Below, piece by piece: positions 1-13,665 of a stretch of DNA of 64,000 nucleotides. The DNA comes from Veleropilina oligotropha (lineage: Eukaryota): NCBI GenBank assembly GCA_048128005.1, contig JBEUKZ010000139.1, positions 1 through 64,000 of the forward strand, given 5' to 3'. The position numbers and the translations under genes are program-made. The notes below the pieces were generated by a model, which made no database searches, was not told the origin of the DNA, and saw only the letters and a program-made list of their open reading frames with translations. The first letter of the stretch is position 1. Each line of letters starts with the position of its first letter.

Positions 1-3000
1 ATGCTCTCTGGGGGAGATTGGGATGCTCTCTGGAGGAGATTGGTATGCTCTCTGGGGGAGATTGGGCTGCTCTCTGGAGGAGATTGGGATGCTCTCTGGG
101 GGAGATTGGGCTGCTCTCTGGGGGAGATTGGGATGCTCTCTGGGGGAGATTGGGCTGCTCTCTGGAGGAGATTGGGCTGCTCTCTGGTGGAGATTGGGCT
201 GCTCTCTGGGGGAGATTGGGCTGCTCTCTGGGGGAGATTGGGCTGCTCTCTGGAGGAGATTGGGCTGCTCTCTGGGGGAGATTGGGCTGCTCTCTGGGGG
301 AGATTGGGCTGCTCTCTGGGGGAGATTGGGCTGCTCTCTGGAGGAGATTGGGCTGCTCTCTGGGGGAGATTGGGCTGCTCTCTGGGGGAGATTGGGCTGC
401 TCTCTGGGGGAGATTGGGCTGCTCTCTGGAGGAGATTGGGCTGCTCTCTGGAGGAGATTGGGCTGCTCTCTGGAGGAGATTGGGCTGCTCTCTGGGGAGA
501 TTGGGCTGCTCTCTGGGGGAGATTGGGCTGCTCTCTGGAGGAGATTGGGCTGCTCTCTGGGGGAGATTGGGCTGCTCTCTGGGGGAGATTGGGCTGCTCT
601 CTGGGGGAGATTGGGCTGCTCTCTGGGGGAGATTGGGCTGCTCTCTGGAGGAGATTGGGCTGCTCTCTGGAGGAGATTGGGCTGCTCTCTGGAGGAGATT
701 GGGCTGCTCTCTGGGGAGATTGGGCTGCTCTCTGGAGGAGATTGGGCTGCTCTCTGGGGGAGATTGGGCTGCTCTCTGGGGGAGATTGGGCTGCTCTCTG
801 GGGAGATTGGGCTGCTCTCTGGGGAGATTGGGCTGCTCTCTGGGGGAGATTGGGCTGCTCTCTGGGGGAGATTGGGCTGCTCTCTGGGGGAGATTGGGCT
901 GCTCTCTGGAGGAGATTGGGCTGCTCTCTGGAGGAGATTGGGCTGCTCTGTGGGGGAGATTGGGCTGCTCTCTGGGGGAGATTGGGCTGCTCTCTGGGGG
1001 AGATTGGGCTGCTCTCTGGGGGAGATTGGGCTGCTCTCTGGGGGAGATTGGGCTGCTCTCTGGGGGAGATTGGGCTGCTCTCTGGGGGAGATTGGGCTGC
1101 TCTCTGGAGGAGATTGGGCTGCTCTCTGGAGGAGATTGGGCTGCTCTCTGGAGGAGATTGGGCTGCTCTCTGGGGAGATTGGGCTGCTCTCTGGAGGAGA
1201 TTGGGCTGCTCTCTGGGGGAGATTGGGCTGCTCTCTGGGGGAGATTGGGCTGCTCTCTGGGGGAGATTGGGCTGCTCTCTGGGGGAGATTGGGCTGCTCT
1301 CTGGGGGAGATTGGGCTGCTCTCTGGAGGAGATTGGGCTGCTCTCTGGAGGAGATTGGGCTGCTCTCTGGAGGAGATTGGGCTGCTCTCTGGAGGAGATT
1401 GGGCTGCTCTCTGGAGGAGATTGGGCTGCTCCCTGGGGAGATTGGGCTGCTCTCTGGAGGAGATTGGGCTGCTCTCTGGGGGAGATTGGGCTGCTCTCTG
1501 GGGGAGATTGGGCTGCTCTCTGGGGGAGATTGGGCTGCTCTCTGGGGGAGATTGGGCTGCTCTCTGGGGGAGATTGGGCTGCTCTCTGGGGGAGATTGGG
1601 CTGCTCTCTGGAGGAGATTGGGCTGCTCTCTGGAGGAGATTGGGCTGCTCTCTGGAGGAGATTGGGCTGCTCTCTGGGGAGATTGGGCTGCTCTCTGGAG
1701 GAGATTGGGCTGCTCTCTGGGGGAGATTGGGCTGCTCTCTGGGGGAGATTGGGCTGCTCTCTGGGGGAGATTGGGCTGCTCTCTGGGGGAGATTGGGCTG
1801 CTCTCTGGGGGAGATTGGGCTGCTCTCTGGAGGAGATTGGGCTGCTCTCTGGAGGAGATTGGGCTGCTCTGTGGGGGAGATTGGGCTGCTCTCTGAGGGA
1901 GATTGGGCTGCTCTCTGGGGGAGATTGGGCTGCTCTCTGGGGGAGATTGGGCTGCTCTCTGGGGGAGATTGGGCTGCTCTCTGGGGGAGATTGGGCTGCT
2001 CTCTGGAGGAGATTGGGCTGCTCTCTGGAGGAGATTGGGCTGCTCTCTGGAGGAGATTGGGCTGCTCTCTGGGGAGATTGGGCTGCTCTCTGGAGGAGAT
2101 TGGGCTGCTCTCTGGGGGAGATTGGGCTGCTCTCTGGGGGAGATTGGGCTACTCTCTGGGGGAGATTGGGCTGCTCTCTGGGGGAGATTGGGCTGCTCTC
2201 TGGGGGAGATTGGGCTGCTCTCTGGAGGAGATTGGGCTGCTCTCTGGAGGAGATTGGGCTGCTCTGTGGGGGAGATTGGGCTGCTCTCTGGGGGAGATTG
2301 GGCTGCTCTCTGGGGAGATTGGGCTGCTCTCTGGAGGAGATTGGGCTGCTCTCTGGGGGAGATTGGGATGCTCTCTGGGGGAGATTGGGCTGCTCTCTGG
2401 GGGAGATTGGGCTGCTCTCTGGGGGAGATTGGGCCGCTCTCTGGAGGAGATTGGGCTGCTCTCTGGAGGAGATTGGGCTGCTCTCTGGGGGAGATTGGGC
2501 TGCTCTCTGGGGGAGATTGGGCTGCTCTCTGGGGGAGATTGGGCTGCTCTCTGGGGGAGATTGGGCTGCTCTCTGGGGGAGATTGGGCTGCTCTCTGGAG
2601 GAGATTGGGCTGCTCTCTGGAGGAGATTGGGCTGCTCTCTGGAGGAGATTGGGCTGCTCTCTGGGGAGACTGGGCTGCTCTCTGGAGGAGATTGGGCTGC
2701 TCTCTGGGGGAGATTGGGCTGCTCTCTGGGGGAGATTGGGCTGCTCTCTGGGGGAGATTGGGCTGCTCTCTGGAGGAGATTGGGCTGCTCTCTGGAGGAG
2801 ATTGGGCTGCTCTGTGGGGGAGATTGGGCTGCTCTCTGGGGGAGATTGGGCTGCTCTCTGGGGAGATTGGGCTGCTCTCTGGAGGAGATTGGGCTGCTCT
2901 CTGGGGGAGATTGGGCTGCTCTCTGGGGGAGATTGGGCTGCTCTCTGGGGGAGATTGGACTGCTCTCTGGGGGAGATTGGGCCGCTCTCTGGAGGAGATT

Positions 3001-6000
3001 GGGCTGCTCTCTGGAGGAGATTGGGCTGCTCTCTGGGGGAGATTGGGCTGCTCTCTGGGGGAGATTGGGCTGCTCTCTGGAGGAGATTGGGCTGCTCTCT
3101 GGGGGAGATTGGGCCGCTCTCTGGGGGAGATTGGGCTGCTCTCTGGTGGAGATTGGGCTGCTCTCTAGAGGAGATTGGGCTGCTCTCTGGGGGAGATTGG
3201 GCTGCTCTCTGGGGGAGATTGGGCTGCTCTCTGGGGGAGATTGGGCTGCTCTCTGGTGGAGATTGGGCTGCTCTCTGGGGGAGATTGGGCTGCTCTCTGG
3301 GGGAGATTGGGCTGCTCTCTGGAGGAGATTGGGCTGCTCTCTGGGGGAGATTGGGCTGCTCTCTGGGGGAGATTGGGCTGCTCTCTGGAGGAGATTGGGC
3401 TGCTCTCTGGGGGAGATTGGGCTGCTCTCTGGGGGAGATTGGGCTGCTCTCTCGGGGAGATTGGGCTGCTCTCTGGGGGAGATTGGGCTGCTCTCTGGAG
3501 GAGATTGGGCTGCTCTCTCGGGGAGATTGGGCTGCTCTCTGGGGGAGATTGGGCTGCTCTCTGGAGGAGATTGGGCTGCTCTCTGGGGGAGATTGGGCTG
3601 CTCTCTGGAGGAGATTGGGCTGCTCTCTGGGGGAGATTGGGCTGCTCTCTGGGGGAGATTGGGCTGCTCTCTGGAGGAGATTGGGCTGCTCTCTCGGGGA
3701 GATTGGGCTGCTCTCTGGGGGAGATTGGGCTGCTCTCTGGAGGAGATTGGGCTGCTCTCTGGGGGAGATTGGGCTGCTCTCTGGAGGAGATTGGGCTGCT
3801 CTCTGGGGGAGATTGGGCTGCTCTCTGGGGGAGATTGGGCTGCTCTCTGGAGGAGATTGGGCTGCTCTCTGGGGTAGATTGGGCTGCTCTCTGGGGGAGA
3901 TTGGGCTGCTCTCTCGGGGAGATTGGGCTGCTCTCTGGGGGAGATTGGGCTGCTCTCTGGAGGAGATTTGGCTGCTCTCTCGGGGAGATTGGGCTGCTCT
4001 CTGGGGGAGATTGGGCTGCTCTCTGGAGGAGATTGGGCTGCTCTCTGGGGGAGATTGGGCTGCTCTCTGGAGGAGATTGGGCTGCTCTCTGGGGGAGATT
4101 GGGCTCTCTGGGGGAGATTGGGCTGCTCTCTGGAGGAGATTGGGCTGCTCTCTCGGGGAGATTGGGCTGCTCTCTGGGGGAGATTGGGCTGCTCTCTGGA
4201 GGAGATTGGGCTGCTCTCTGGGGGAGATTGGGCTGCTCTCTGGAGGAGATTGGGCTGCTCTCTGGGGGAGATTGGGCTGCTCTCTGGGGGAGATTGGGCT
4301 GCTCTCTGGAGGAGTTTGGGCTGCTCTCTGGAGGAGATTGGGCTGCTCTCTGGGGGAGATTGGGCTGCTCTCTGGGGGAGATTGGGCTGCTCTCTGGAGG
4401 AGATTGGGCTGCTCTCTGGGGGAGATTGGGCTGCTCTCTGGGGGAGATTGCGCTACCTCTCTGGGGGAGATTGGGCTGCTCTCTGGGGGAGATTGCGCTA
4501 CCTCTCTGGGGGAGATTGGGCTGCTCTCTGGAGGAGATTGGGCTGCTCTCTGGGGGAGATTGGGCTGCTCTCTGGAGGAGATTGGGCTGCTCTCTGGGGG
4601 AGATTGGGCTGCTCTCTGGGGGAGATTGCGCTACCTCTCTGGGGGAGATTGGGCTGCTCTCTGGGGGAGATTGCGCTACCTCTCTGGGGGAGATTGGGCT
4701 GCTCTCTGGAGGAGATTGGGCTGCTCTCTGGAGGAGATTGGGCTGCTCTCTGGGGGAGATTGGGCTGCTCTCTGGGAGAGATTGGGATGCTCTCTGGGGG
4801 AGATTGGGCTGCTCTCTGGGGGAGATTGGGCTGCTCTCTGGGGGAGATTGGGCTGCTCTCTGGGGGAGATTGGGATGCTCTCTGGAGGAGATTGGGATGC
4901 TCTCTGGAGGAGATTGGGATGCTCTCTGGGGGAGATTGGGATGCTCTCTGGAGGAGATTGGGATGCTCTCTGGGGGAGATTGGGCTGCTCTCTGGAGGAG
5001 ATTGGGATGCTCTCTGGGGGAGATTGGGCTGCTCTCTGGGGGAGATTGGGATGCTCTCTGGGGGAGATTGGGCTGCTCTCTGGAGGAGATTGGGCTGCTC
5101 TCTGGTGGAGATTGGGCTGCTCTCTGGGGGAGATTGGGCTGCTCTCTGGGGGAGATTGGGCTGCTCTCTGGAGGAGATTGGGCTGCTCTCTGGGGGAGAT
5201 TGGGCTGCTCTCTGGGGGAGATTGGGCTGCTCTCTGGGGGAGATTGGGCTGCTCTCTGGAGGAGATTGGGCTGCTCTCTGGGGGAGATTGGGCTGCTCTC
5301 TGGGGGAGATTGGGCTGCTCTCTGGGGGAGATTGGGCTGCTCTCTGGAGGAGATTGGGCTGCTCTCTGGAGGAGATTGGGCTGCTCTCTGGAGGAGATTG
5401 GGCTGCTCTCTGGTGAGATTGGGCTGCTCTCTGGGGGAGATTGGGCTGCTCTCTGGAGGAGATTGGGCTGCTCTATGGGGGAGATTGGGCTGCTCTCTGG
5501 GGGAGATTGGGCTGCTCTCTGGGGGAGATTGGGCTGCTCTCTGGGGGAGATTGGGCTGCTCTCTGGGGGAGATTGGGCTGCTCTCTGGAGGAGATTGGGC
5601 TGCTCTCTGGAGGAGATTGGGCTGCTCTCTGGAGGAGATTGGGCTGCTCTCTGGGGAGATTGGGCTGCTCTCTGGAGGAGATTGGGCTGCTCTCTGGGGG
5701 AGATTGGGCTGCTCTCTGGGGGAGATTGGGCTGCTCTCTGGGGAGATTGGGCTGCTCTCTGGGGAGATTGGGCTGCTCTCTGGGGGAGATTGGGCTGCTC
5801 TCTGGGGGAGATTGGGCTGCTCTCTGGGGGAGATTGGGCTGCTCTCTGGAGGAGATTGGGCTGCTCTCTGGAGGAGATTGGGCTGCTCTGTGGGGGAGAT
5901 TGGGCTGCTCTCTGGGGGAGATTGGGCTGCTCTCTGGGGGAGATTGGGCTGCTCTCTGGGGGAGATTGGGCTGCTCTCTGGGGGAGATTGGGCTGCTCTC

Positions 6001-9000
6001 TGGGGGAGATTGGGCTGCTCTCTGGGGGAGATTGGGCTGCTCTCTGGAGGAGATTGGGCTGCTCTCTGGAGGAGATTGGGCTGCTCTCTGGAGGAGATTG
6101 GGCTGCTCTCTGGGGAGATTGGGCTGCTCTCTGGAGGAGATTGGGCTGCTCTCTGGGGGAGATTGGGCTGCTCTCTGGGGGAGATTGGGCTGCTCTCTGG
6201 GGGAGATTGGGCTGCTCTCTGGGGGAGATTGGGCTGCTCTCTGGGGGAGATTGGGCTGCTCTCTGGAGGAGATTGGGCTGCTCTCTGGAGGAGATTGGGC
6301 TGCTCTCTGGAGGAGATTGGGCTGCTCTCTGGAGGAGATTGGGCTGCTCTCTGGAGGAGATTGGGCTGCTCTCTGGGGAGATTGGGCTGCTCTCTGGAGG
6401 AGATTGGGCTGCTCTCTGGGGGAGATTGGGCTGCTCTCTGGGGGAGATTGGGCTGCTCTCTGGGGGAGATTGGGCTGCTCTCTGGGGGAGATTGGGCTGC
6501 TCTCTGGGGGAGATTGGGCTGCTCTCTGGAGGAGATTGGGCTGCTCTCTGGAGGAGATTGGGCTGCTCTCTGGAGGAGATTGGGCTGCTCTCTGGGGAGA
6601 TTGGGCTGCTCTCTGGAGGAGATTGGGCTGCTCTCTGGGGGAGATTGGGCTGCTCTCTGGGGGAGATTGGGCTGCTCTCTGGGGGAGATTGGGCTGCTCT
6701 CTGGGGGAGATTGGGCTGCTCTCTGGGGGAGATTGGGCTGCTCTCTGGAGGAGATTGGGCTGCTCTCTGGAGGAGATTGGGCTGCTCTGTGGGGGAGATT
6801 GGGCTGCTCTCTGAGGGAGATTGGGCTGCTCTCTGGGGGAGATTGGGCTGCTCTCTGGGGGAGATTGGGCTGCTCTCTGGGGGAGATTGGGCTGCTCTCT
6901 GGGGGAGATTGGGCTGCTCTCTGGAGGAGATTGGGCTGCTCTCTGGAGGAGATTGGGCTGCTCTCTGGAGGAGATTGGGCTGCTCTCTGGGGAGATTGGG
7001 CTGCTCTCTGGAGGAGATTGGGCTGCTCTCTGGGGGAGATTGGGCTGCTCTCTGGGGGAGATTGGGCTACTCTCTGGGGGAGATTGGGCTGCTCTCTGGG
7101 GGAGATTGGGCTGCTCTCTGGGGGAGATTGGGCTGCTCTCTGGAGGAGATTGGGCTGCTCTCTGGAGGAGATTGGGCTGCTCTGTGGGGGAGATTGGGCT
7201 GCTCTCTGGGGGAGATTGGGCTGCTCTCTGGGGAGATTGGGCTGCTCTCTGGAGGAGATTGGGCTGCTCTCTGGGGGAGATTGGGCTGCTCTCTGGGGGA
7301 GATTGGGCTGCTCTCTGGGGGAGATTGGGCTGCTCTCTGGGGGAGATTGGGCCGCTCTCTGGAGGAGATTGGGCTGCTCTCTGGAGGAGATTGGGCTGCT
7401 CTCTGGGGGAGATTGGGCTGCTCTCTGGGGGAGATTGGGCTGCTCTCTGGGGGAGATTGGGCTGCTCTCTGGGGGAGATTGGGCTGCTCTCTGGGGGAGA
7501 TTGGGCTGCTCTCTGGAGGAGATTGGGCTGCTCTCTGGAGGAGATTGGGCTGCTCTCTGGAGGAGATTGGGCTGCTCTCTGGGGAGACTGGGCTGCTCTC
7601 TGGAGGAGATTGGGCTGCTCTCTGGGGGAGATTGGGCTGCTCTCTGGGGGAGATTGGGCTGCTCTCTGGGGGAGATTGGGCTGCTCTCTGGGGGAGATTG
7701 GGCTGCTCTCTGGGGGAGATTGGGCTGCTCTCTGGAGGAGATTGGGCTGCTCTCTGGAGGAGATTGGGCTGCTCTGTGGGGGAGATTGGGCTGCTCTCTG
7801 GGGGAGATTGGGCTGCTCTCTGGGGAGATTGGGCTGCTCTCTGGAGGAGATTGGGCTGCTCTCTGGGGGAGATTGGGCTGCTCTCTGGGGGAGATTGGGC
7901 TGCTCTCTGGGGGAGATTGGACTGCTCTCTGGGGGAGATTGGGCCGCTCTCTGGAGGAGATTGGGCTGCTCTCTGGAGGAGATTGGGCTGCTCTCTGGGG
8001 GAGATTGGGCTGCTCTCTGGGGGAGATTGGGCTGCTCTCTGGAGGAGATTGGGCTGCTCTCTGGGGGAGATTGGGCCGCTCTCTGGGGGATATTGGGCTG
8101 CTCTCTGGTGGAGATTGGGCTGCTCTCTAGAGGAGATTGGGCTGCTCTCTGGGGGAGATTGGGCTGCTCTCTGGGGGAGATTGGGCTGCTCTCTGGGGGA
8201 GATTGGGCTGCTCTCTGGTGGAGATTGGGCTGCTCTCTGGGGGAGATTGGGCTGCTCTCTGGGGGAGATTGGGCTGCTCTCTGGAGGAGATTGGGCTGCT
8301 CTCTGGGGGAGATTGGGCTGCTCTCTGGGGGAGATTGGGCTGCTCTCTGGAGGAGATTGGGCTGCTCTCTGGGGGAGATTGGGCTGCTCTCTGGGGGAGA
8401 TTGGGCTGCTCTCTCGGGGAGATTGGGCTGCTCTCTGGGGGAGATTGGGCTGCTCTCTGGAGGAGATTGGGCTGCTCTCTCGGGGAGATTGGGCTGCTCT
8501 CTGGGGGAGATTGGGCTGCTCTCTGGAGGAGATTGGGCTGCTCTCTGGGGGAGATTGGGCTGCTCTCTGGAGGAGATTGGGCTGCTCTCTGGGGGAGATT
8601 GGGCTGCTCTCTGGAGGAGATTGGGCTGCTCTCTGGAGGAGATTGGGCTGCTCTCTCGGGGAGATTGGGCTGCTCTCTGGGGGAGATTGGGCTGCTCTCT
8701 GGAGGAGATTGGGCTGCTCTCTGGGGGAGATTGGGCTGCTCTCTGGAGGAGATTGGGCTGCTCTCTGGGGGAGATTGGGCTGCTCTCTGGGGGAGATTGG
8801 GCTGCTCTCTGGAGGAGATTGGGCTGCTCTCTGGGGTAGATTGGGCTGCTCTCTGGGGGAGATTGGGCTGCTCTCTCGGGGAGATTGGGCTGCTCTCTGG
8901 GGGAGATTGGGCTGCTCTCTGGAGGAGATTTGGCTGCTCTCTCGGGGAGATTGGGCTGCTCTCTGGGGGAGATTGGGCTGCTCTCTGGAGGAGATTGGGC

Positions 9001-10393
9001 TGCTCTCTGGGGGAGATTGGGCTGCTCTCTGGAGGAGATTGGGCTGCTCTCTGGGGGAGATTGGGCTCTCTGGGGGAGATTGGGCTGCTCTCTGGAGGAG
9101 ATTGGGCTGCTCTCTCGGGGAGATTGGGCTGCTCTCTGGGGGAGATTGGGCTGCTCTCTGGAGGAGATTGGGCTGCTCTCTGGGGGAGATTGGGCTGCTC
9201 TCTGGAGGAGATTGGGCTGCTCTCTGGGGGAGATTGGGCTGCTCTCTGGGGGAGATTGGGCTGCTCTCTGGAGGAGATTGGGCTGCTCTCTGGAGGAGAT
9301 TGGGCTGCTCTCTGGGGGAGATTGGGCTGCTCTCTGGGGGAGATTGGGCTGCTCTCTGGAGGAGATTGGGCTGCTCTCTGGGGGAGATTGGGCTGCTCTC
9401 TGGGGGAGATTGCGCTACCTCTCTGGGGGAGATTGGGCTGCTCTCTGGGGGAGATTGCGCTACCTCTCTGGGGGAGATTGGGCTGCTCTCTGGAGGAGAT
9501 TGGGCTGCTCTCTGGAGGAGATTGGGCTGCTCTCTGGGGGAGATTGGGCTGCTCTCTGGGAGAGATTGGGATGCTCTGTGGGGGAGATTGGGCTGCTCTC
9601 TGGGGGAGATTGGGCTGCTCTCTGGGGGAGATTGGGCTGCTCTCTGGAGGAGATTGGGCTGCTCTCTGGGGGAGATTGGGCTGCTCTCTGGAGGAGATTG
9701 GGCTGCTCTCTGGAGGAGATTGGGCTGCTCTATGGAGGAGATTGGGCCGCTCTCTGGATGAGATTGGGCCGCTCTCTGGGGGAGATTGGGCTGCTCTCTG
9801 GGGGAGATTGGGCTGCTCTCTGGAGGAGATTGGGCTGCTCTCTGGGGGAGATTGGGCTGCTCTCTGGATGAGATTGGGCTGCTCTCTGGAGGAGATTGGG
9901 CTGCTCTATGGAGGAGATTGGGCCGCTCTCTGGAGGAGATTGGGCCGCTCTCTGGGGGAGATTGGGCTGCTCTCTGGAGGAGATTGGGCTGCTCTCTGGG
10001 GGAGATTGGGCTGCTCTCTGGGGGAGATTGGGCTGCTCTCTAGAGGAGATTGGGCTGCTCTCTGGGGGAGATTGGGCTGCTCTCTGTGGAAGATTGGGCT
10101 GCTCTCTGGAGGAGATTGGGCTGCTCTCTGGGGGAAATTGGGCTGCTCTCTGGAGGAGATTGGGCTGCTCTCTTGGGGAGATTGGGCTGCTCTCTAGAGG
10201 AGATTGGGCTGCTCTCTGGGGGAGATTGGGCTGCTCTCTGGGGGAGATTGGGCTGCTCTCTGGAGGAGATTGGGATGCTATCTGGGGGAGATTGGGATGC
10301 TATCTGGAGGAGATTGGGCTGCTCTCTGCAGGAGATTGGGCTGCTCTCTAGAGGAGATTGGGATGCTCTCTGGAGGAGATTGGGCTGCTCTCA
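1..10393. repeat. 22-bp G-rich minisatellite array, consensus GGAGATTGGGCTGCTCTCTGG(G/A); runs off the window start
   Basis: Hundreds of near-identical tandem 22-mers with occasional 21-bp units; variants become denser at the right edge (~9700-10390). Confidence 0.99.
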
Positions 10394-10747
10394 GAAGTGA
10401 ATGCGAATCCTTGATTCTGGGGCTTTGTGCAGTTAACAGTCACAATGGTTCTGAGCTGCTCGAGCTGGTGGAAATTCCCAAAAGACCAGTAATTCCTCCA
10501 GTGAAACATGGTCACGCCCTAGCTTTAAATGTTCCATTCACACATGTCACATCGGATAGTGTAATTTACTTAAATAACATGGGCGCTGATAACCTAAAAT
10601 TGGTAATCAGATGACTTTGTTCGGATGTATCCCAAGTTTTTTTTGTAATATAAGGCAGCGCCATAGCACATAACATTTCTGTTCACCATTCGACGTCATC
10701 TCGCCTCATTTAGAGCTGGTGTTTTGTAATCATAAAGGGGGGGGGGG

Positions 10748-11238
10748 AGAGGCTGGGGGCAGCATGGCTGAGTGGATACGGTGCTGGTCTACTAACGAGC
10801 GATCACGGGTTCATGTTTGAGAGGCTGGGGGCAGCATGGCTGAGTGGATACGGTGCTGGTCGATCACGGGTTCATGTCTGAGGGGCTGGGGGCAGCATGG
10901 CTGAGTGGATACGGTGCAGGTCGATCACGGGTTCATGTGTGAGGGGCTGGGGGCAGCATGGCTGAGTGGATACGGTGCTGGTCGATCACAGGTTCATGTG
11001 TGAGAGGCTGGGGGCAGCATGGCTGAGTGGATACGGTGCTGGTCTACTAACGGGCGATCACGTGTTCATGTGTGAGAGGCTGGGGGCAGCATGGCTGAGT
11101 GGATACGGTGCTGGTCGATCACGGGTTCATGTGTGAGAGGCTGGGGGCAGCATGGCTGAGTGGATACGGTGCTGGTCTACTAACGGGCGATCACGGGTTC
11201 ATGTGTCGGTGATTTTTCTCAGGATCGCTGGTTCCATT
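10748..11238 (+). mobile_element. 5' part of a tRNA-derived SINE whose head is tandemly amplified about 7 times (61- and 72-bp units)
   Basis: Each unit has an A-box-like TGGCTGAGTGG and a GGGTTCA B-box start; units match the head of the intact SINE at 50569-50778. Confidence 0.85.
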
Positions 11239-13665
11239 TGTTACAGAAATATGAAATTCATAAATCTATTGATGTTATTTTGAATATATGTTTCGTTGGT
11301 GGTTGTATCATAGTGATATGTGAGAGTGCGAAGGTTTGTTGAATACCGTGATATTCTGTGTATATATGTTCTTTTAATTTGTTAGTAGCCATTTTGCTTG
11401 AGGTTGCGAAATTGATATCAGCTTTGTTGTTTGCTTGAGATTGGGAAATTGACATCAGTTTTGCTAATTTTGGTAGTTGAGGTTGAATGCGAGACTGAGT
11501 TGACGCGGGAATCTGGTTTGTCAGGAAAAGGCGTTTTGTATGATTTTCTTTGTGTCTTGGTGGAGATATAGTTCTCTTGAATCTATGGTCAGTGTGTCAC
11601 TTGTGGAGCAGTTGTGGAGATATAGTCCGCTTGAATCTGTGGTCAGTGTATCACTTGTGGAGCAGTTGTGGATATATAGTTCACTTGAATCTGTGGTCAG
11701 TGTATCACTTGTGGAGCAGTTGTGGATATATAGTTCACTTGAATCTGTGGTCAGTGTATCACTTGTGGAGCAGTTGTGGAGATATTGTTCACTTGAATCT
11801 GTGGTCAGTGTATCACTTGTGGAGCAGTTGTGGAGATATAGTTCACTTGAATCTGTGGTCAGTGTATCACTTGTGGAGCAGTTGTGGAGATATAGTTCAC
11901 TTGAATCTGTGGTCAGTGTATCACTTGTGGAGCAGTTGTGGAGATATAGTTCACTTGAATCTGCGGTCAGTGTTTCACTTGTGGAGCAGTTGTGGAGATA
12001 TAGTTCACTTGAATCTGCGGTCAGTGTATCACTTGTGGAGCAGTTGTGGAGATATAGTTCACTTGAATCTGTGGTCAGTGTATCACTTGTGGAACAGTTG
12101 TGGAGATATAGTTCACTTGAATCTGTGGTCAGTGTATCACTTGTGGAGCAGTTGTGGAGATATAGTTCGCTTGAATCTGTGGTCAGTGTATCACTTGTGG
12201 AGCAGTTGTGGAGATATAGTTCGCTTGAATCTGTGGTCAGTGTATCACTTGTGGAGCAGTTGTGGAGATATAGTTCACTTGCATCTGTGGTCAGTGTATC
12301 ACTTGTGGAGCAATTGTGGAGATATAGTTCACTTGAATCTGTGGTCAGTGTATCACTTGTGGAGCAGTTGTGGAGATATAGTTCACTTGAATCTGTGGTC
12401 AGTGTATCACTTGTGGAGCAGTTGTGGAGATATAGTTCACTTGAATCTGTGGTCAGTGTATCACTTGTGGAGCAGTTGTGGAGATATAGTTCACTTGAAT
12501 CTGTGGTCAGTGTATTACTTGTGGAGCAGTTGTGGAGATATAGTTCACTTGAATCTGTGGTCAGTGCATCACTTGTGGAGCAGTTGTTGCGAGTGGAAGT
12601 TGCCGCCGCGTAAGTTAATATTTGTTGTATATTTTGCTGTTGTGATTGTTAATCGTTTTGCTTTAGGTAAGTTATATTATTGCGAAGTTTGGAATCTTTG
12701 ATACAGATTAATAATGTGATAGTAATTATATAAGTTATTATTGAACAAGGACTTTTCCTTTTAACTTGTGTACTGGGCATAAATGAATGATTATTCAGTT
12801 GGGTAATATTGGATGGTTATTCTGTTGGGTAATATTGGATGGTAATATTGGATGGTAATATTGGATGGTTATTCAGTTGATATGTTGAAAGATGCCAGTT
12901 TAATTTATGAGATAAACTGATGCCGCTATTGCGAGGATTGATATATTATTATGTAATGCCGGTTCGGTGTATGGCTAAAACCGAAGATGTTATTGAAACA
13001 TATATTTGAGGAGTTATAATGATTGAAAAGTCGCGAGGTTAGACTAGAGTTGGATGAATTGTGAATTGATTATGGCTGCCCACGCCAATTGTAAGTTGGT
13101 ACGCAAGTTAAATGAAACTTTGATTTTGTTTCATAATGTTAGATATCACTGGAATTTTATATTCTGTTCTTAAATATAATATTTCTGGTTGCGTCATGGA
13201 TATTATGAGGAGGGTTTGATCCAAATTGTTGTGAGATTGCAGTTGTCTGTCAGATTTATTTTAATTTATTTGCAGTTGTTACGACGGATGATCGCCTAAT
13301 AGTGTCGGAGGTCACAACAGTCTGAAACATGCGAATCGTATAGATGCCCATGCATGAGCGTGGCTAAACTGACATAATGAATGTCGATAATTATTACCGA
13401 TCATCACACCATATTCTAGGATGTTATGATCTAATACTTCGCCGATCATCATACGAGAATCGAAACTTCACGGAAGACTACTGTATTTGAAGTTGCTGGT
13501 TGGACTGTGATAGTACCTCTAGACTAAAAATAGAATATTAATATATTAAGTAGTTAAGCGTTATGCATTTGTTGTGTGTGCATTGTTGTGAATTTTTAAT
13601 AATTTGAATTCTTAAAAATTTGTTTTTTCATTTGGATAGATACTTTCCTCAGAATAGAGGTACCA
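11239..13665. mobile_element. TG...CA insertion (solo-LTR-like or non-autonomous LTR element) with a 5-bp TSD, inserted into the SINE
   Basis: CCATT at 11234-11238 and 13666-13670; ends TGTTAC...GTACCA; removing it restores the SINE sequence seen at ~50660-50680. Confidence 0.75.
11558..12590. repeat. 54-bp tandem repeat (~19 copies) inside the TG...CA element
   Basis: Unit GGAGCAGTTGTGGAGATATAGTTCACTTGAATCTGTGGTCAGTGTATCACTTGT. Confidence 0.97.

Noticed and set aside
1..10614. Very long ORFs (up to 3247 aa) in all three plus frames
   Set aside because: The 22-bp unit has no stop codon in any frame, and 21-bp variant units shift frames freely; artefact of the repeat
10748..12590. CRISPR-like regular repeats
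   Set aside because: No unique spacers, no cas genes, eukaryotic context
11540..12701. Plus-strand ORFs of 357 and 383 aa
   Set aside because: Translations of the 54-bp repeat with no unique coding context
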